Assembly: GCA_023444045.1 (NCBI GenBank)
Contig: JAEZRQ010000002.1
Coordinates: 76,102-140,101 of the forward strand
Length of the DNA: 64,000 nucleotides
DNA from: Candidatus Parcubacteria bacterium
GTDB taxonomy: Bacteria > Patescibacteriota > Patescibacteriia > Patescibacteriales > UBA12465
Direction: 5' to 3'
Shown: positions 63,373-64,000 of the stretch, in pieces
Layout of the letters: each line of letters opens with the position of its first letter
Position numbering within the stretch: position 1 is the stretch's first letter
Notes under the pieces: generated by a model
The model's input: the letters and a program-made list of their open reading frames with translations, nothing else
Databases searched by the model: none
Told to the model about the DNA's origin: nothing
Program-made: the position numbers and the translations under genes

Positions 63373-64000
63373 ATGAAATTCCAAGCTATTTCTATTTATC
63401 CAAACATGTTTAGCTCTTATTTAAATGAGGGTATTTTAAAACGAGCGCTTGATAATAAAATTATTGATTTTACCGCGCACGATCTGCGTAATTGGTCAAC
63501 AGATAACTACAAAAGTGTTGATGATACCCCATATGGTGGCGGTGTCGGCATGATTATGAGAGTTGATATTTTGCATAGTGCTTTAGAAGAAGTAAAGCAA
63601 AAGCACCAAACACCTAGTGAAAAAAGAAAAATAGTTTTACTATCAGCTTCTGGAACAACCTGGAATCAACAACTAGCCAAAGAATATAGTAAGTTAGATG
63701 AGGTAATTTTTATTTGCGGCCGATTTGAAGGCGTTGATGCTAGAATTTCTAATTTTATTGACGAGGAAATATCTATTGGCGATTATGTGCTTACTGGCGG
63801 TGAATTGCCAGCAATGATTATTACTGATTCAATAACACGTCTACTTTCCGGAGCCCTAGGCAAAGATGAAAGCTCACTTGATGAATCGCATAGCGAGGTC
63901 GGTGTTTTAGAATATCCACAATACACCAAACCAGCGATTTTTGAAACAGACGGAAAACAATATATAGTGCCCGAAGTTCTAACTAGTGGTAATCATGCAG
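63373..64000 (+). CDS. trmD: tRNA (guanine37-N1)-methyltransferase TrmD (3' end beyond window)
   Basis: ATG at 63373. Motifs include DDTPYGGGVGM, ICGRFEGVD, IGDYVLTGGELPA and GNHA. The frame stays open to the window edge. Confidence 0.9.
   Translation, partial: MKFQAISIYPNMFSSYLNEGILKRALDNKIIDFTAHDLRNWSTDNYKSVDDTPYGGGVGMIMRVDILHSALEEVKQKHQTPSEKRKIVLLSASGTTWNQQLAKEYSKLDEVIFICGRFEGVDARISNFIDEEISIGDYVLTGGELPAMIITDSITRLLSGALGKDESSLDESHSEVGVLEYPQYTKPAIFETDGKQYIVPEVLTSGNHA

Overview
The window looks like a low-GC, gene-dense, streamlined bacterial chromosome. Gene content suggests a Patescibacteria/CPR-like organism (an inference only): a 4-subunit pyruvate:ferredoxin oxidoreductase, T4SS-pilin-like Cys-rich surface proteins, large orphan secreted proteins, ribosomal proteins with tails, and an intron-containing tRNA. 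Core genes I recognise are rsmA, leuS, xth, porGDAB, rnhA, recJ, lepA, murJ, rpoC, rpoB, a murE-like ligase, ftsK, ruvC, yebC, gpmI, polA, murD, murI, holA, rpsT, rpsO, pnp, rpsP and trmD (partial). There are five tRNAs: Ala-UGC, Ile-GAU, initiator Met-CAU, Phe-GAA and Pro-UGG. The most unusual region is a compositionally foreign (much higher GC) minus-strand operon at about 32.4-40.0 kb, between ftsK and a divergent TrmB-like regulator. From a near-consensus promoter it runs through a roughly 750-nt ORF-free structured leader and then a Zn-ribbon protein, a 529-aa protein with two DHH-type motifs, a 1091-aa DEAH (HrpA/HrpB-like) helicase, a 47-aa membrane peptide and a small lipoprotein. Three intact type III hammerhead self-cleaving ribozymes separate these cistrons. 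Each sits in a modular intergenic cassette of conserved module, covarying hairpin with a GUUCAA loop, then ribozyme. Compensatory substitutions between copies support both the hammerhead stem I and the hairpin. Other notable items: tRNA-Phe(GAA) is interrupted by a 251-nt group I intron, with a free-standing LAGLIDADG-like ORF wedged exactly between it and tRNA-Pro. The initiator tRNA has C33. The POR operon is interleaved with two paralogous pilin-like Cys-rich proteins, one fused to an M15 peptidase. An NYN-domain gene lies between rpsO and pnp, and PNPase carries an RG-rich tail. All calls come from reading the sequence and ORF translations by eye; no database search was run.
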